Assembly (NCBI GenBank): GCA_963845755.1
Contig: CAWJTV010000041.1
Location: forward strand, 448,001-512,000
DNA: 64,000 bases
From: an uncultured Planctomycetota bacterium
Lineage (GTDB): Bacteria; Planctomycetota; Planctomycetia; Isosphaerales; Isosphaeraceae
Direction: 5' to 3'
Below, piece after piece: positions 1-10,859 of this stretch (position 1 is the stretch's first letter; each line of letters starts with the position of its first letter). Under the pieces are notes generated by a model that was given only the letters and a program-made list of their open reading frames with translations, was not told the DNA's origin and did not search any database. The position numbers and the translations under genes are program-made.

Positions 1-59
1 TCGCCATCACGACACGAGTCCAGACCCATTGCCTTCGAAATCCCTCGGGAGACCGCAAC

Positions 60-1064
60 ATGGCACGCCCCGTAACGCTCTTCACCGGCCAGTGGGCCGA
101 CCTGACGCTCGAAGTCATCGGCCAGAAGGCTAGCCAGTGGGGTTACGACGGCATCGAGCTTCCGTGCTGGGGCGATCACTTCAACGTCCAGAAGGCCCTG
201 ACCGACCCGGGCTATTGCAAGGGACGTCACGATCTGCTCGGCAAGTACGGGTTGAAATGCTGGGCGATCTCGAATCACCTGACCGGCCAGCTCGTGCTGG
301 ATCACAACGACTCCCGGACCGACGACTGGGTACCCGCCCAGGTCCGGGGCGACGCCAAGAAGAAGACGGAATGGGCCATCCAGGAGATGAAGGACACCGC
401 CCGGGCCGCGCAGAAGCTGGGCGTCCCGGTGGTCAACGGCTTCACCGGCTCGTCGATCTGGCATCTCCTCTACTCCTTCCCACCCGTGGCCGATTCCACC
501 ATCGAGGACGGCTTCAAGCTCTTCGCCGACCGCTGGAACCCGATCCTGGACGTCTTCAAGGAGTGCGGCGTGAAGTTCGCGCTGGAAGTCCATCCGACCG
601 AGATCGCGTTCGACATCTACACCGCCGAGAAGGCCCTCAAGGCGATCAATCACCGGCCGGAGTTCGGCTTCAACTTCGACCCGAGCCACCTGCACTGGCA
701 AATGGTCGACCCCGTCGAGTTCATCCGGGCGTTCCCCGACCGAATCTATCACGTGCACGTCAAGGACGCCGCGAGGACCCTCGACGGTCGTTCCGGCATC
801 CTGGCCTCGCACCTGAACTTCGGCGACCCCCGCCGCGGTTGGGACTTCCGTTCGCCGGGCCGCGGCCAGGTCAACTTCGAGGAGATCGCCCGGGCACTCA
901 ACCACATCGGCTATGACGGACCGCTCTCCGTCGAATGGGAAGACTGCGGCATGGACCGCGAATACGGCGCCGCCGAGGCCGCCCGGTTCGTCAAGGAGAA
1001 GATGGGCTTCAAGTCCGCCGGTCGGCTGTTCGACTCGGCGTTCTCCGAGGGCCAGGGGAAGTGA
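60..1064 (+). CDS. Sugar phosphate isomerase/epimerase (xylose-isomerase-like TIM barrel, AP_endonuc_2/IolE-like)
   Basis: 334-aa ORF; GYDGIEL, FALEVHP, FDPSH, HVHVKD and LSVEWED metal-binding motifs; GGAG RBS upstream. Confidence 0.88.
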   Translation: MARPVTLFTGQWADLTLEVIGQKASQWGYDGIELPCWGDHFNVQKALTDPGYCKGRHDLLGKYGLKCWAISNHLTGQLVLDHNDSRTDDWVPAQVRGDAKKKTEWAIQEMKDTARAAQKLGVPVVNGFTGSSIWHLLYSFPPVADSTIEDGFKLFADRWNPILDVFKECGVKFALEVHPTEIAFDIYTAEKALKAINHRPEFGFNFDPSHLHWQMVDPVEFIRAFPDRIYHVHVKDAARTLDGRSGILASHLNFGDPRRGWDFRSPGRGQVNFEEIARALNHIGYDGPLSVEWEDCGMDREYGAAEAARFVKEKMGFKSAGRLFDSAFSEGQGK

Positions 1065-1114
1065 TTCAGGACAAATCCCTTGAGATCATAAAAGGTTAAT
1101 ATATAATTCCAAAA

Positions 1115-4100
1115 TCAATTCTTCGTAGATAAGGGCGTGATAACCAGCTCGATGGGAGGCGAGCTGTCCTCGGTGCCGGCGGACTCGGCCCTGCCGACGG
1201 CGTAGAACGGGCGGGTCATCGGCTGGACCCAGGGTTCGGCCAGGAGGAACACGCTCCGCTGGACCTGGGTCTCGGTGACGAGCACTCCGTTGAGGCCGAT
1301 GTCCAGGACCTTGACGCCCTGAGGCAGGTTCTTCACGTCGATGGGGACGCGTCCGGAGAACGGTGCGGAGCGGTCGACGGACAGGGTCATCGAGACGCGC
1401 TCGCCGGGGTGGATCACGACCCGGTTCGGCCGCGCCGAGACCCTCAGGTTCGATGCCGGCGTGACGGTGATCCAGCCGCCATTTGGGCCGGACGGGTCGA
1501 TCTCCTGGCGCATGCGGCGGGCTGTGGTGGGCCGTCGATACGGGGAGGACCTCCCGTGCCACAACACGCCAGGTCGGCGGCGAGAAGGCCGGAGCTGACG
1601 AGTCCGCGGTGAGGGCCAGGATCCCGGTCAGCTCATGGCCCTCGATCCGGACCGGCCTGGCGGTGATCCCCGGCGGCAATCCCTCGGCGACGATCTCGAC
1701 CGGCGAGTCGAAGCCATCGCGACGCATCAGGGTGAGGTTCACCAACTCCGTTCCCCGCGCGGGATGCTCGGATTCTCGGTGCCCAGGACGAGCTGAAACG
1801 AGGGGCGGGGTTTGCGCAGGACCAGGTGATAGGCATGATCGCCGCCTCCCAGGCCGCGGACGTCCTCGACGCGGACCCGGTATTCACCATCGGCCGGCGC
1901 GGAAAGTCACCCGCGAATCCTTGGAGAACCCAGGACCTCCATCGTCGTTCTGGTACCTCAGCGTGGTCGTCGGCACGCCGCTCGGCGGGAAGACGGCGCC
2001 GGGCTGGTGGATCTCGACCTTGTACATCGGCTGACCCATCGGATGGTGCTCGGGCGTCGTCTCGAACCAGCCCAGGCGTTGACCTTGCTGGCCCCAGAAG
2101 ACGCAATCGTCGTCAAGGTTGCGTGGGAGTGCCTGGATCCGCATCAGCTCGCGGCCGACCAGCAGATAGTCGTTGATCTCCAGGTTGTCCCAGTGAGTCA
2201 GCCGGATCGCCGGGCTGGTCGACTGGTGATCCCGGAACGCGACCTCGGTCTGATCCACCGGCCGGAGCACCGCCCGGGGGATCGGCTTGCCCTGGGCGTC
2301 GAGGACCGCGACGACCGAGTCGATTGATGAGCCGAGCCGGCGCCCGTAGACCTCGACGACGATCGCGTCCCCCTTCCTGGCCCGGAACCGATAGATGTCA
2401 ACGTCCCCATCATGGCCGATGCGCCCGGAGGCTCCGCCCGGAACCGTCAGCTCCTGGGCCTGGGACAGCGTATCGTTGGTCTCCTGCTCGACGATCTGGC
2501 GGCCGTCGGCCACGACAACGTTTCGTGTTGCGTACGGCCGCATACCGTCCGGCAACGTCACCGGCACGCTGAGAATCGTACCCGGACTCACGCCCGGCCC
2601 GACCGGCAGCGCGACCTCCCGGACCTTGTCGAGGTTCGCGCCGGTGACCTCGATCCGGGCGGTCGTGCCCGGCTCGACGCCCAGGGGGAAGGTCGAGAGC
2701 ACGACCGGGAGTTGACCGGCGGAGATTCGGTAGAAGTGGCCGCCGGAGCCGCCGAAATCGGCGTCGGCGACCCGGAGGATCACGGGTCCGTCGGCGCGAG
2801 TCGTATAGGTCAGGATCGGCTCCATGACGGCGGGTCCCGCGACGGACTGGGCCAGTTCGTGTCCCTGAACGTCGAGCAGGGTGAGGCTCGGACGGAGTTG
2901 CGAACCCAGCGACTTCGCCAGGTCCTGAAAGACCAGTTCCTGGCCGGCCTTGACCTCGAACCGGAAGTGGTCGAGGTCCATCATGCGGTCGATCGTGCCG
3001 ATCAGGGTTGCCGGCAACGCGATAGGCGAACCCTTGAGCGGATCGGGCTGGTCGTTCGGCTCATGCTCGGCGATCTCGGGGTCGGCGACGACGGCGAAGT
3101 TCTGGAAGCCCGGGACACCGAGCGGGGTCATCACGCTCAGGGCGTGCAGTCCGAGGCGAGCGTCGGGTGCAATGGCCAGCTCCACCTCGACGCGATTCGG
3201 ATCGGGCTTCGCGGGCGTCAGGATCGTGGCGGAGAGCCCGGCCTCGGGGATGATGACGGTGGTCGCCCGGCCGACACCGGTGCCGGTCATCGTGACCTTG
3301 ACCCGGCTGCCGCGCACGCCACTGCGCGGCTGGGGCGGGTTGATTGAGGCGTTGCGAATCAGGCCAGGTGCGGCTGCGGGCTTCGGCTTCGGGGGCTCAC
3401 GGAGCACGATGCTCGCCGCTGCCGACCGATTCGCCGTGTCCCATGAAGCGAGCGACCCATCGTATCGTCCCAACGCCAGCCGCTTGCCGTCCGGGCTGAA
3501 CACCAGTGCCTCGACCCAATCGGCCTGAGTCGGCAGTGACTCCAGGGGTGTCAACGTGTTGAGATCCCAGAGCCGGACCGTCCGATCCTCGGCGCTCGAG
3601 GCGAGCTGTTTGCCATCGGCGGAGACGGCCAGCCGGAGGACCGCGCCGTCACTGGCGAAAGCCGAACGCTCCAGCCGCGCGCCCCCGCCGTGACCCTCGA
3701 CGCGCCACATCCGGATCGACCGATCCACGCCGGCCGCCAGCACGTGCGAGCCGTCGGGCGAGAACGCCACCGCATAGAGCTCGCCGGTGGATTCCGACAG
3801 GGTCACCGTGCGACGGCCCGCGGCCCAGTCCCACAGCTTGACCGTCCGATCCGCGGCGCACGAGGCGAGCGTCTTGCCGTCGGGCGAGAACGCCAGGCCA
3901 TAGACCGCGTCGCTGTGATCCTTCAGCGGACGGACCACCTTGCCTGTCGTGAGGTCCCAGATGAGGACCTGCTTGTCATATCCGGCGGTTGCCAGCAGCT
4001 TGTGTCCTGGCGCGACCTCGGCGGCGAGGATCACGTCGGAATGCCCCGCCACATCGAGCCGCTTCTGCCGCTTCACGACATCCCAGACGATGATCGATCC

Positions 4101-4759
4101 GAACAGGCCCGGCCGGCCGCCGGCCGCGACCAGCGACGTTCCATCGGGCGTGAACCGCACCGACGTGACCGGCCCCGGATGGTCTCCGAGCGTGGCCTCG
4201 ACCTTGCCTGTCCCGAGATCGTACAGTGCGACCTGCCGTCCGACCGCGGCAGCGAGATGCCGTCCGTCCGGGCTGAAGGCCAGTGAGGAGACCGCGTCGG
4301 CGGCCGGGGCCTTGAGTCCCACCTTGGGGAGATCGGCCGTCACGTCGACCAGCGCGGCCAGAGGGGTCTCGGTGGCGGAGGGGCCATCAAACTTCGCTCC
4401 CTCCTCGACCCATCGCGCAAGACGGCGATCTCAGCATCCTTCAACGGCGGCTGCTTGTAGGGCATCCGGATCGGCGCACCGCGGCGAAGCGTGGTGATCA
4501 GGTAGCTGCTCTCCGGGTCGCCCGGATCCAGGATCGCTTCGCCCACGCTCTTGCCGCCCCGCTCGAGGGCCACGAACGTCGCCAGACTCAGGCCGCCCGA
4601 CGCCTTCCGGTCGTCGTGGCACGCCAGGCACTTCTTCACCAGGATCGGGGCGACCTGGCGCCGGAAGCTTACGGGATCGGGGTGAGACGGGGATTGGGCC
4701 AGGACGTTCGTGACCGAGACGATCATCAGGCAAGCCAGGAAGTGAGTAGAGCGTTTCAT
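1115..4759 (-). CDS. Large secreted planctomycete cytochrome c (CxxCH) + WD40 repeats + PPC-like domains; split by several apparent frameshifts
   Basis: Signal peptide and VAPILVKKCLACH in ORF 4340-4771; WD repeats and EHEPND/EQETND...DVDIYRF PPC-type repeats in ORF 1884-4343; C-terminus continues through ORFs 1086-1745 and 1115-1567; frame changes near 4410, 1900, 1760 and 1530. Confidence 0.8.
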
Positions 4760-4779
4760 GATTGCGGTCACCGGTCTTT

Positions 4780-4802
4780 ATAGGGTGGGTGAAACCCACC
4801 AG
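4780..4802 (+). repeat. GTAG-family REP at one end of the RAYT
   Basis: aTAGGGTGGGTGAAACCCACCAG, inverted copy of 5444-5466. Confidence 0.85.
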
Positions 4803-4864
4803 AAACCCGCTTACTCCCCAACAATTGAAGCGACTCGATCGATCGAGGCTGGTATGGAGCTTCC

Positions 4865-5374
4865 TCATTCCAACGGATAATCACCGTATGAGACAAATCG
4901 AGAAAAGGTGGACCAAGGCCACTCGGAGGGCCTGCTCGTGTAGCCGTGCTTCACCGGATTGTAATGGATATAGTCGCAGAGAGCTTCGAGCTCCTGGTCG
5001 TTCCTGACGACGTGCTCCCACGAACGTCGCTGCCAGAAACCCCGTTCGCCGCGGGCTCGGCGTCTCGAGGAGACTTGCCAACCGGAATCGTCGTTTCCGT
5101 CATCAAGCCAGCCGACGGTGAAGTCTCGTTTGATCCGTTTCCAACGTGTCGAGTAATCAGCATCACCTCGTGGCAAACTCCAGATACAGTGAAGATGGTC
5201 GGGAAGTACAACCATGGCGATTGTTCGGAAGGGAGCATCCTCTCGAGCCTTTCGCATGACCTCGCCCAAGAGTCGGACCGCCTCCTCTCGTCCGAATAGT
5301 CTCCGGCGGCGATAGGTCACCACAGTGAAGTAATACGTCTCACCCGGGATCATCCATCGGCGGTAATCGGACAT
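4865..5374 (-). CDS. REP-associated tyrosine transposase (RAYT/TnpA-REP, HUH Y1); C-terminus probably clipped by TGG>TGA
   Basis: YFTVVT, VVLPDHLHCIW (HUH), FWQRR, YIHYNPVKHG, WPWST motifs; the frame continues after the TGA to a TAA at 4811-4813. Confidence 0.9.
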   Translation of the reverse strand: MSDYRRWMIPGETYYFTVVTYRRRRLFGREEAVRLLGEVMRKAREDAPFRTIAMVVLPDHLHCIWSLPRGDADYSTRWKRIKRDFTVGWLDDGNDDSGWQVSSRRRARGERGFWQRRSWEHVVRNDQELEALCDYIHYNPVKHGYTSRPSEWPWSTFSRFVSYGDYPLE

Positions 5375-5443
5375 GATCGCGATTCTCAGAGTAGACTTGC
5401 CGCACGAGCCACTTCCGGCGGGTTACATCCACGATGGCCGATC

Positions 5444-5466
5444 CTGGTGGGTTTCACCCACCCTAC
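5444..5466 (-). repeat. GTAG-family REP at the other end of the RAYT
   Basis: Reverse complement reads GTAGGGTGGGTGAAACCCACCAG. Confidence 0.85.
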
Positions 5467-5469
5467 AAT

Positions 5470-7945
5470 TCAATGATTGAACATAAATTCCTGACATGTG
5501 AGCACGGCCCAGTAGAGGTCTTCGACCGCCTGGCGCCGGGCGGTCGCGATCGCCTTCGTGTCGGTTAGCCCCGCTGCGGCGTCCTTGAGGGCCTTGAGCA
5601 TGCGTCCGCGTTCTGCCGGTGTGGGGCGGCGAGCCAAGGCCGACAAGAACAGACGATCGACGATCGCGTCATCGCGGTCGTTCCGCGCGATCACGTTCGC
5701 GGCGACGCTCGACTCGGCCCGGAGCTTCTCGTTGACGGTCGTCCCGTTGGCGAGGTGGAGGGCCTGGGCCATCGACGGCTCGGCCGATCGCTCGCAGGAA
5801 CACGTAGCGATCCGCGCCGGTCGTCCGAACGAATCGAGGAACGAGCTTGCCACCTGGCTGTCGGGCAACTGGAGGCTGCGCCAGCCGGCCGGATAGCCGC
5901 CGAACGGCGTGGGGACCTCGGTGACCTGCGAGATCGCGTCCAGCAGCACCTCGGCCGGCAGCCGCTTGACGCGGTAGTGGCTCAGGAACTTCGCGTCCGA
6001 CTCGTTGCCCGGCACCGGCAGGCTCGACCGCGCATAGACGGCCGAGGTCATGATGGTCCGGATCAAGTGCTTCATGTCAAAATGATGCGCGACGAAGTCG
6101 TCGACCAGCCAGTCGAGCAAGGCCTCGTCGCTGGGCGGGTTGGAGACGCGGAGGTCGTCGTCGGGATCGACGAGTCCCCGGCCGAAGAAGTTACTCCAGA
6201 CCCGGTTGACGACGGCCCTGGCGAAATACGGGTTATCCGGCCGGGCCAGCCAGTCGGCGAAGACCACGCGGCGGTCGCGCGCGTCTCCCGCGGCAATCGG
6301 CGGAGCATCCAGCGGCTGCGGCGGCATCGCCACGCCGCGACGCGGATGGAGGATGTCCCCTTCCGTCGCGTTGGCGACGACCTCGTCGCCGGCCGTCTCG
6401 CCATCCTTGAGCTTCACACGGGCGAACAGATTGGCGAAGCCGTAATACTGGTCCTGTGTCCATTTTTCCAGGGGATGGTTGTGACACCGGGCGCAGGTCA
6501 GCGACAGGCCGAGGAATGCCATGCTCGCGCTCTCGGACAGGTCGATCGGGTCGCGGTGCAGGACGTAGAAGTTGGCCGCGCCGTTGGACAGCGTGCTCCC
6601 CTGGGCCGTCACGATCGAGCGGGCGAACCGGTCCCAAGAGACGTTCTTAGCCACGCTCTTCCGCACGAACTGGTAGAACGACCACATCGACGGGCCCGGC
6701 AGCTTCCGCGATGAGACCAGCAACAGGTCCGACCACTTATAAGACCAGTAGTCGATGGACTCCGTACTCTCCAGTAGCCGGTTGAACCAGGCGGGCGCGC
6801 TTGTTCGGGTCGCCGTCCTTCAGGAAGGCTTCGACCTGGCCGGCCGGTGGCAAGGTGCCGGTGGCGTCGAGGTAGGCCCGGCGGAGGAAGGCGGCATCGC
6901 CGGCATCCGGCGACGGCGGGATCCCCAAGCCGGCGAGCTTGGCCAGGTTCTTCTCGTCGATCGGATTCTTACGCAGGGCCTTCGTGAAGACGGTCGAATC
7001 CCCCTTGCTCTCGAACGGGGCGGTCACCGTGACCCGGCCGACCCGGCTGGCGAACCAGACCGAGACGAACGCCTCGCCATGGCCCGTGACCTTGAGCCGG
7101 CCGGAATCGTCCACCGAGGTGACGCCGTCATCGGTACTCGCGAACTTGGCCCAGTGCGTCACGTCCTCAACGCGCCCGTCGGAATACACCGCCTGGACCA
7201 GCACCTGCTGCTCCTGCCCGGGCTCCATCCGGACGGCGGCCGGGGAGAGCTCGAGCGAGCGGATCTCCGGGTCGCTGGCCGATGGCCCCGGTGTGCCGGC
7301 GGCGATCCACTCGGAGATCACCCGGTATTCGAGCGAGCCCACGGCGAACCGAGCCCCGCCGCCGTGGTCGATCGCGGCCGTCGGCTTCAGCAACATCAAG
7401 CTTTCCTGAGGCGCCGTCTTGACGATCCGTCGCCCCAGGGCCTGACGGGTCAACACCGCGTGGTCGATCTCCGGCGCGTAGCCTCTCAAGGTCAGGCGAA
7501 ACCCATTCTTACCCGCCGCCGCGCCGTGGCACGACCCCGCATTGCACCCCTGCTTCGTCAGGATCGGCTCGACGTGGTTGCGAAAACTCCAGGGCTCGTC
7601 GCGATCGTGGTCCTCGACCGAGATCGACGCCCGCGCCACCTGGCCATCGACCGTCGCCGTGATCGTCGCCAATCCGTCGCCGACCGGACTCACGAACCCG
7701 CCCTTATCGACGGTCGCGACCCGGGGATTATCCGTCGCGAACACCGCCTTGGCCGTCAGATCAGCGATACCGAGGGCCCCTTCAGACCGCTCAACCACGA
7801 AGCGCTGCCGCGCGTGCGGCCCGACCAGCCGCACCGAGGACGGCAGCAGCCGTAGCTCCGCGCCGAGCGCGAACGCGGGGGCCAACCACAGAAATACGAT
7901 GACGGTCGTCAGACGGGAGGCGATCCTGGCGCGGGTGTCCATCAT
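5470..7945 (-). CDS. DUF1549/DUF1553 protein with Ig-like (Big_2-type) domains; apparent frameshift near 6790
   Basis: GCNAGSCHG, NPIDE, FLRRAYLDATGTLP, LTCARCHNHP, FARAVVNRVW..FFGRGLV, CSCER and EFMFNH; split over ORFs 6737-7969 and 5470-6723. Confidence 0.87.
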
Positions 7946-7990
7946 GCTCTCGAGTCCAAGGAAACTCATCTCAGAAAGAATAGGAGAGAT

Positions 7991-8172
7991 TTGAACACGA
8001 AATACACGAAATACACGAAAGACTCAATAATGCGGAATGGCTCCAGAACGGCACCTGCTTCATTGCACCTGGGTCGTCAGGCAAGCTGGAGCCATCGACC
8101 CCCGATCGACTCGATGCGTTCATGCTTAGACAATTCTCTCGTTCACGCATTTTTCGTGTATTTCGTGTTCAA
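7991..8172. repeat. Intergenic element bounded by a perfect 21-bp inverted repeat built from CACGAAATA nonamers
   Basis: TTGAACACGAAATACACGAAA at 7991-8011 and its reverse complement at 8152-8172. Confidence 0.85.
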
Positions 8173-8226
8173 TCCGTATGCATTTCCTGTCCCGTCGATG
8201 TCAGGGACTTTCGTGGGTTGCCGATG

Positions 8227-9600
8227 TCAGAAGAGTTCCTCGATCGGCTCGACGCCGTGGTCGACGATGCGGAGCGGCCGGCTTTGGGGGCCGGGGAGTT
8301 CGGTGGCCAGGTCGATGCCGAGTCCGCGGTAAGCCGTGGCGGCGATCTCGGCGGTGGTGACCGGTCGGTCCTTGGGGGCATAGCCGATCTCGTCGGAGGC
8401 GCCGACGACGCGTCCGCCCTGGATGGACCCACCGGCGAAGAGCACGGTCCAGCAGGCCGGGTGATGGTCGCGCCCGCCGGCCGGGTTGACCTTGGGCGTG
8501 CGGCCAAACTCGCCGAATGCCAGCACGACGGTGGTCTCCAGCATCCCCCGGCGTTCCAGGTCTTCCAGGAGTGCGGTGTAGGCGTTATCGAAGTTGGGCC
8601 CGACCTCGTTCTTGTAGCACTCGATCGGGCTGAACGGAGCCGAGCCGTGGATGTCCCAGGTGATCTCGTTGAAGACGGTCTCGAACATGTTGACCGTCAC
8701 GAACCGGACCCCGCGCTCGATCAGGCGGCGGGCCAGGAGGCAACTCTGTCCGAACCGGGTCCGACCGTAACGGTCTCGGAGGGCGGCCGGCTCCGCGGCG
8801 AGCTCGAACGCCTCGCGTGCCTGGGGGCTCGACATGAGCTTGAAGGCGCCTTCGAAGTTGGCATCCAGCAGCCGGGCATCGGGTGACGACTCGAACGCAC
8901 CGACGGCGCCGTCGATCGCCGCGCGGAGCGAGCATCGGCGCGACTCGCGCACGGCGGTGACATAGTCCGGCGGCAACAAGTCGGGGACCTTGAACGCCTT
9001 GTCGTTGGGATCGGCATTGAGGATGAATGGGTCATACGTCTTGCCGAGATACCCGGCGGCGTGACCATGCGGCAGGTTGCCGCCGGTCGGACCTATGGGT
9101 TTCGGCAGCAGCACGTAGGGCGGCGTGTCGTGCCGCGAGCCTTTCAGCTTGGCCAGGACCGACCCATAGGGCGGGTGCTCAGTGCCGCCGGCAAAGAGCC
9201 GGCCGGTCTGCATCATCTGGTGCCCCGTGTCGTGGACCGCCGCCGCGGTGTGATAGACCGAGCGGACCAGCGACACCTTGTCCATCATCGTGGCCAGCCT
9301 GGGGAAGATCTCGGACACCTGGATCCCCGGCACCTTGGTCGCGATCGGCCGGAACGGACCCCGGATCTCCTCGGGGGCCTCGGGTTTCATGTCCCAGGTG
9401 TCGAGCTGCGACGGGCCGCCGACCAGGAAGAGCAAGATACAGTTGATGTCGCGATCCGGCGCGACTGCCCCCGCACCGGCCAGGGCCTGCATTCCCGGCA
9501 GGCCCAGGCCCAGCGCCGTCAGCGAGCCGGCGTGGAGGAAGTCCCGGCGAGTCAACCCGTCGCAAAAATGGACCGGCTTCTTGGCGTCAACTCGAAACAT
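8227..9600 (-). CDS. DUF1501 domain-containing protein
   Basis: Tat-like TRRDFL, GGPSQLDTWDMKP, FGQSCLLARRLIERGVRFV, GEFGRTP, GRDH; GAGGG RBS before ATG at 9600. Confidence 0.92.
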   Translation of the reverse strand: MFRVDAKKPVHFCDGLTRRDFLHAGSLTALGLGLPGMQALAGAGAVAPDRDINCILLFLVGGPSQLDTWDMKPEAPEEIRGPFRPIATKVPGIQVSEIFPRLATMMDKVSLVRSVYHTAAAVHDTGHQMMQTGRLFAGGTEHPPYGSVLAKLKGSRHDTPPYVLLPKPIGPTGGNLPHGHAAGYLGKTYDPFILNADPNDKAFKVPDLLPPDYVTAVRESRRCSLRAAIDGAVGAFESSPDARLLDANFEGAFKLMSSPQAREAFELAAEPAALRDRYGRTRFGQSCLLARRLIERGVRFVTVNMFETVFNEITWDIHGSAPFSPIECYKNEVGPNFDNAYTALLEDLERRGMLETTVVLAFGEFGRTPKVNPAGGRDHHPACWTVLFAGGSIQGGRVVGASDEIGYAPKDRPVTTAEIAATAYRGLGIDLATELPGPQSRPLRIVDHGVEPIEELF

Positions 9601-9843
9601 GATGCAATCCCTCTGAGGCTGAGGCGGGAGTGTCGGTCGGGCAGGGACGATCCGGGCTTGTTCAAGCATCCATCCTAATCGTCACCTTCGGCCGGGTCAA
9701 ACACTGCATTGGTCATCGGCCACTGGTTATGCCTTCTCAATTGTTTGCATGTCACCACGCTCTCAGACCCTCCTCTCCCTTTTGAATTGAGAGGCGGGTT
9801 CGCTGCGCAGGTTTCAAATGTCCCACGGCCCTCATTTGGCATC

Positions 9844-10069
9844 TGGCTTCGTTTTGCGCGATTTCCTGCGGTCTGAACATCTCGATCACCCGGCATAATC
9901 GGCAAACTCTTCCCAGGCCTCATAATCGTGGCTTCGTTTTGCGTGTTTCTCGTAGGTGGAATGCCGTCGCTGTGTTTGTTTCGTCGTTTTCGCGTCGGCT
10001 TTTGTCCCAACACCCCCCATGCATCACTACCAGACATCCTGGGGTGGATGGGTTCGTTTCGTCGTTTTC
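9844..10069 (-). repeat. Dispersed array of four AAACGAA(C/G)CCA-type motifs
   Basis: Plus-strand TGG(C/G)TTCGTTT motifs at 9844, 9929 and 10049, variant at 9971. Confidence 0.7.
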
Positions 10070-10507
10070 GATGCCGAGGACGGCCGGGTGCTCCCGGATC
10101 CGATTCCGATCCGACTCTCATGCAACCACCCACTTTCTTCCCCGATTTGCGCACCCCGAACGCCGCTGTGAAGTCCCGTCACTTTTATATTAATGGACAC
10201 TTTTGCGGATCTGGCAACTCAACTCCGGAGAATCCTGAGATGGGTTCGGGTGTTGGGAACGACGATCGACTGTGATTCGTGGGCGGGCCGTCGATCGAAC
10301 GCAAGCTCCTCGGCGTGGATCTGCGCCACGTGGGACACAATCGACCCAACACTCCCTTGGCGGATCCGGGGTCAAACCTGATGGAGCGGGAGTCCGAGCG
10401 GGCTCCCCGCGGCGCCGCTGGGCAACGACCGAGCGCTTCATCGTTCGCTCATGCAGGCCGCCTCGACAATCGCGCCGACTTCCGCCATTTGCCTCAGGTC
10501 AGTCGCC

Positions 10508-10813
10508 TCATCGTGCCTCGACATAGATCGGAAGAGTCTCCGCCTGAACCTGATCGCGGAAATACTTGCTGAGACATTGGGGCGTTTTGAGATCAACGTC
10601 GCGCCCGATGATCCCCGCCAACTCGTCCTGCATCCCGAAGAAATCCCAGCCCGGCGTGTGCCCCGGCTCGAACTCGACCAGCACTTCCACGTCGCTATCG
10701 GGCCGGAAGTCGTCGCGAAGGACCGAACCGAACAGGCTCAGCCGCTTCATGTGGCGCCGGCGGCAGAAGTCGGCGATCCGCTCCGAGTCTATGGCGATCG
10801 GGATCGTCTTCAT
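10508..10813 (-). CDS. Minimal nucleotidyltransferase (MNT, antitoxin-type), orphan
   Basis: LSLFGSVLRDDFRPDSDVEVLVEF and GRDVDL motifs; 101 aa. Confidence 0.88.
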   Translation of the reverse strand: MKTIPIAIDSERIADFCRRRHMKRLSLFGSVLRDDFRPDSDVEVLVEFEPGHTPGWDFFGMQDELAGIIGRDVDLKTPQCLSKYFRDQVQAETLPIYVEAR

Positions 10814-10859
10814 GGCCAAGTCGTCACTGGAATAGCGATGTCGGCTGACGCTTCTCCAC

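Noticed and set aside
9675..10154. 159-aa hypothetical CDS
   Set aside because: Atypical composition, no domain, and the repeat motif changes frame; treated as a repeat locus
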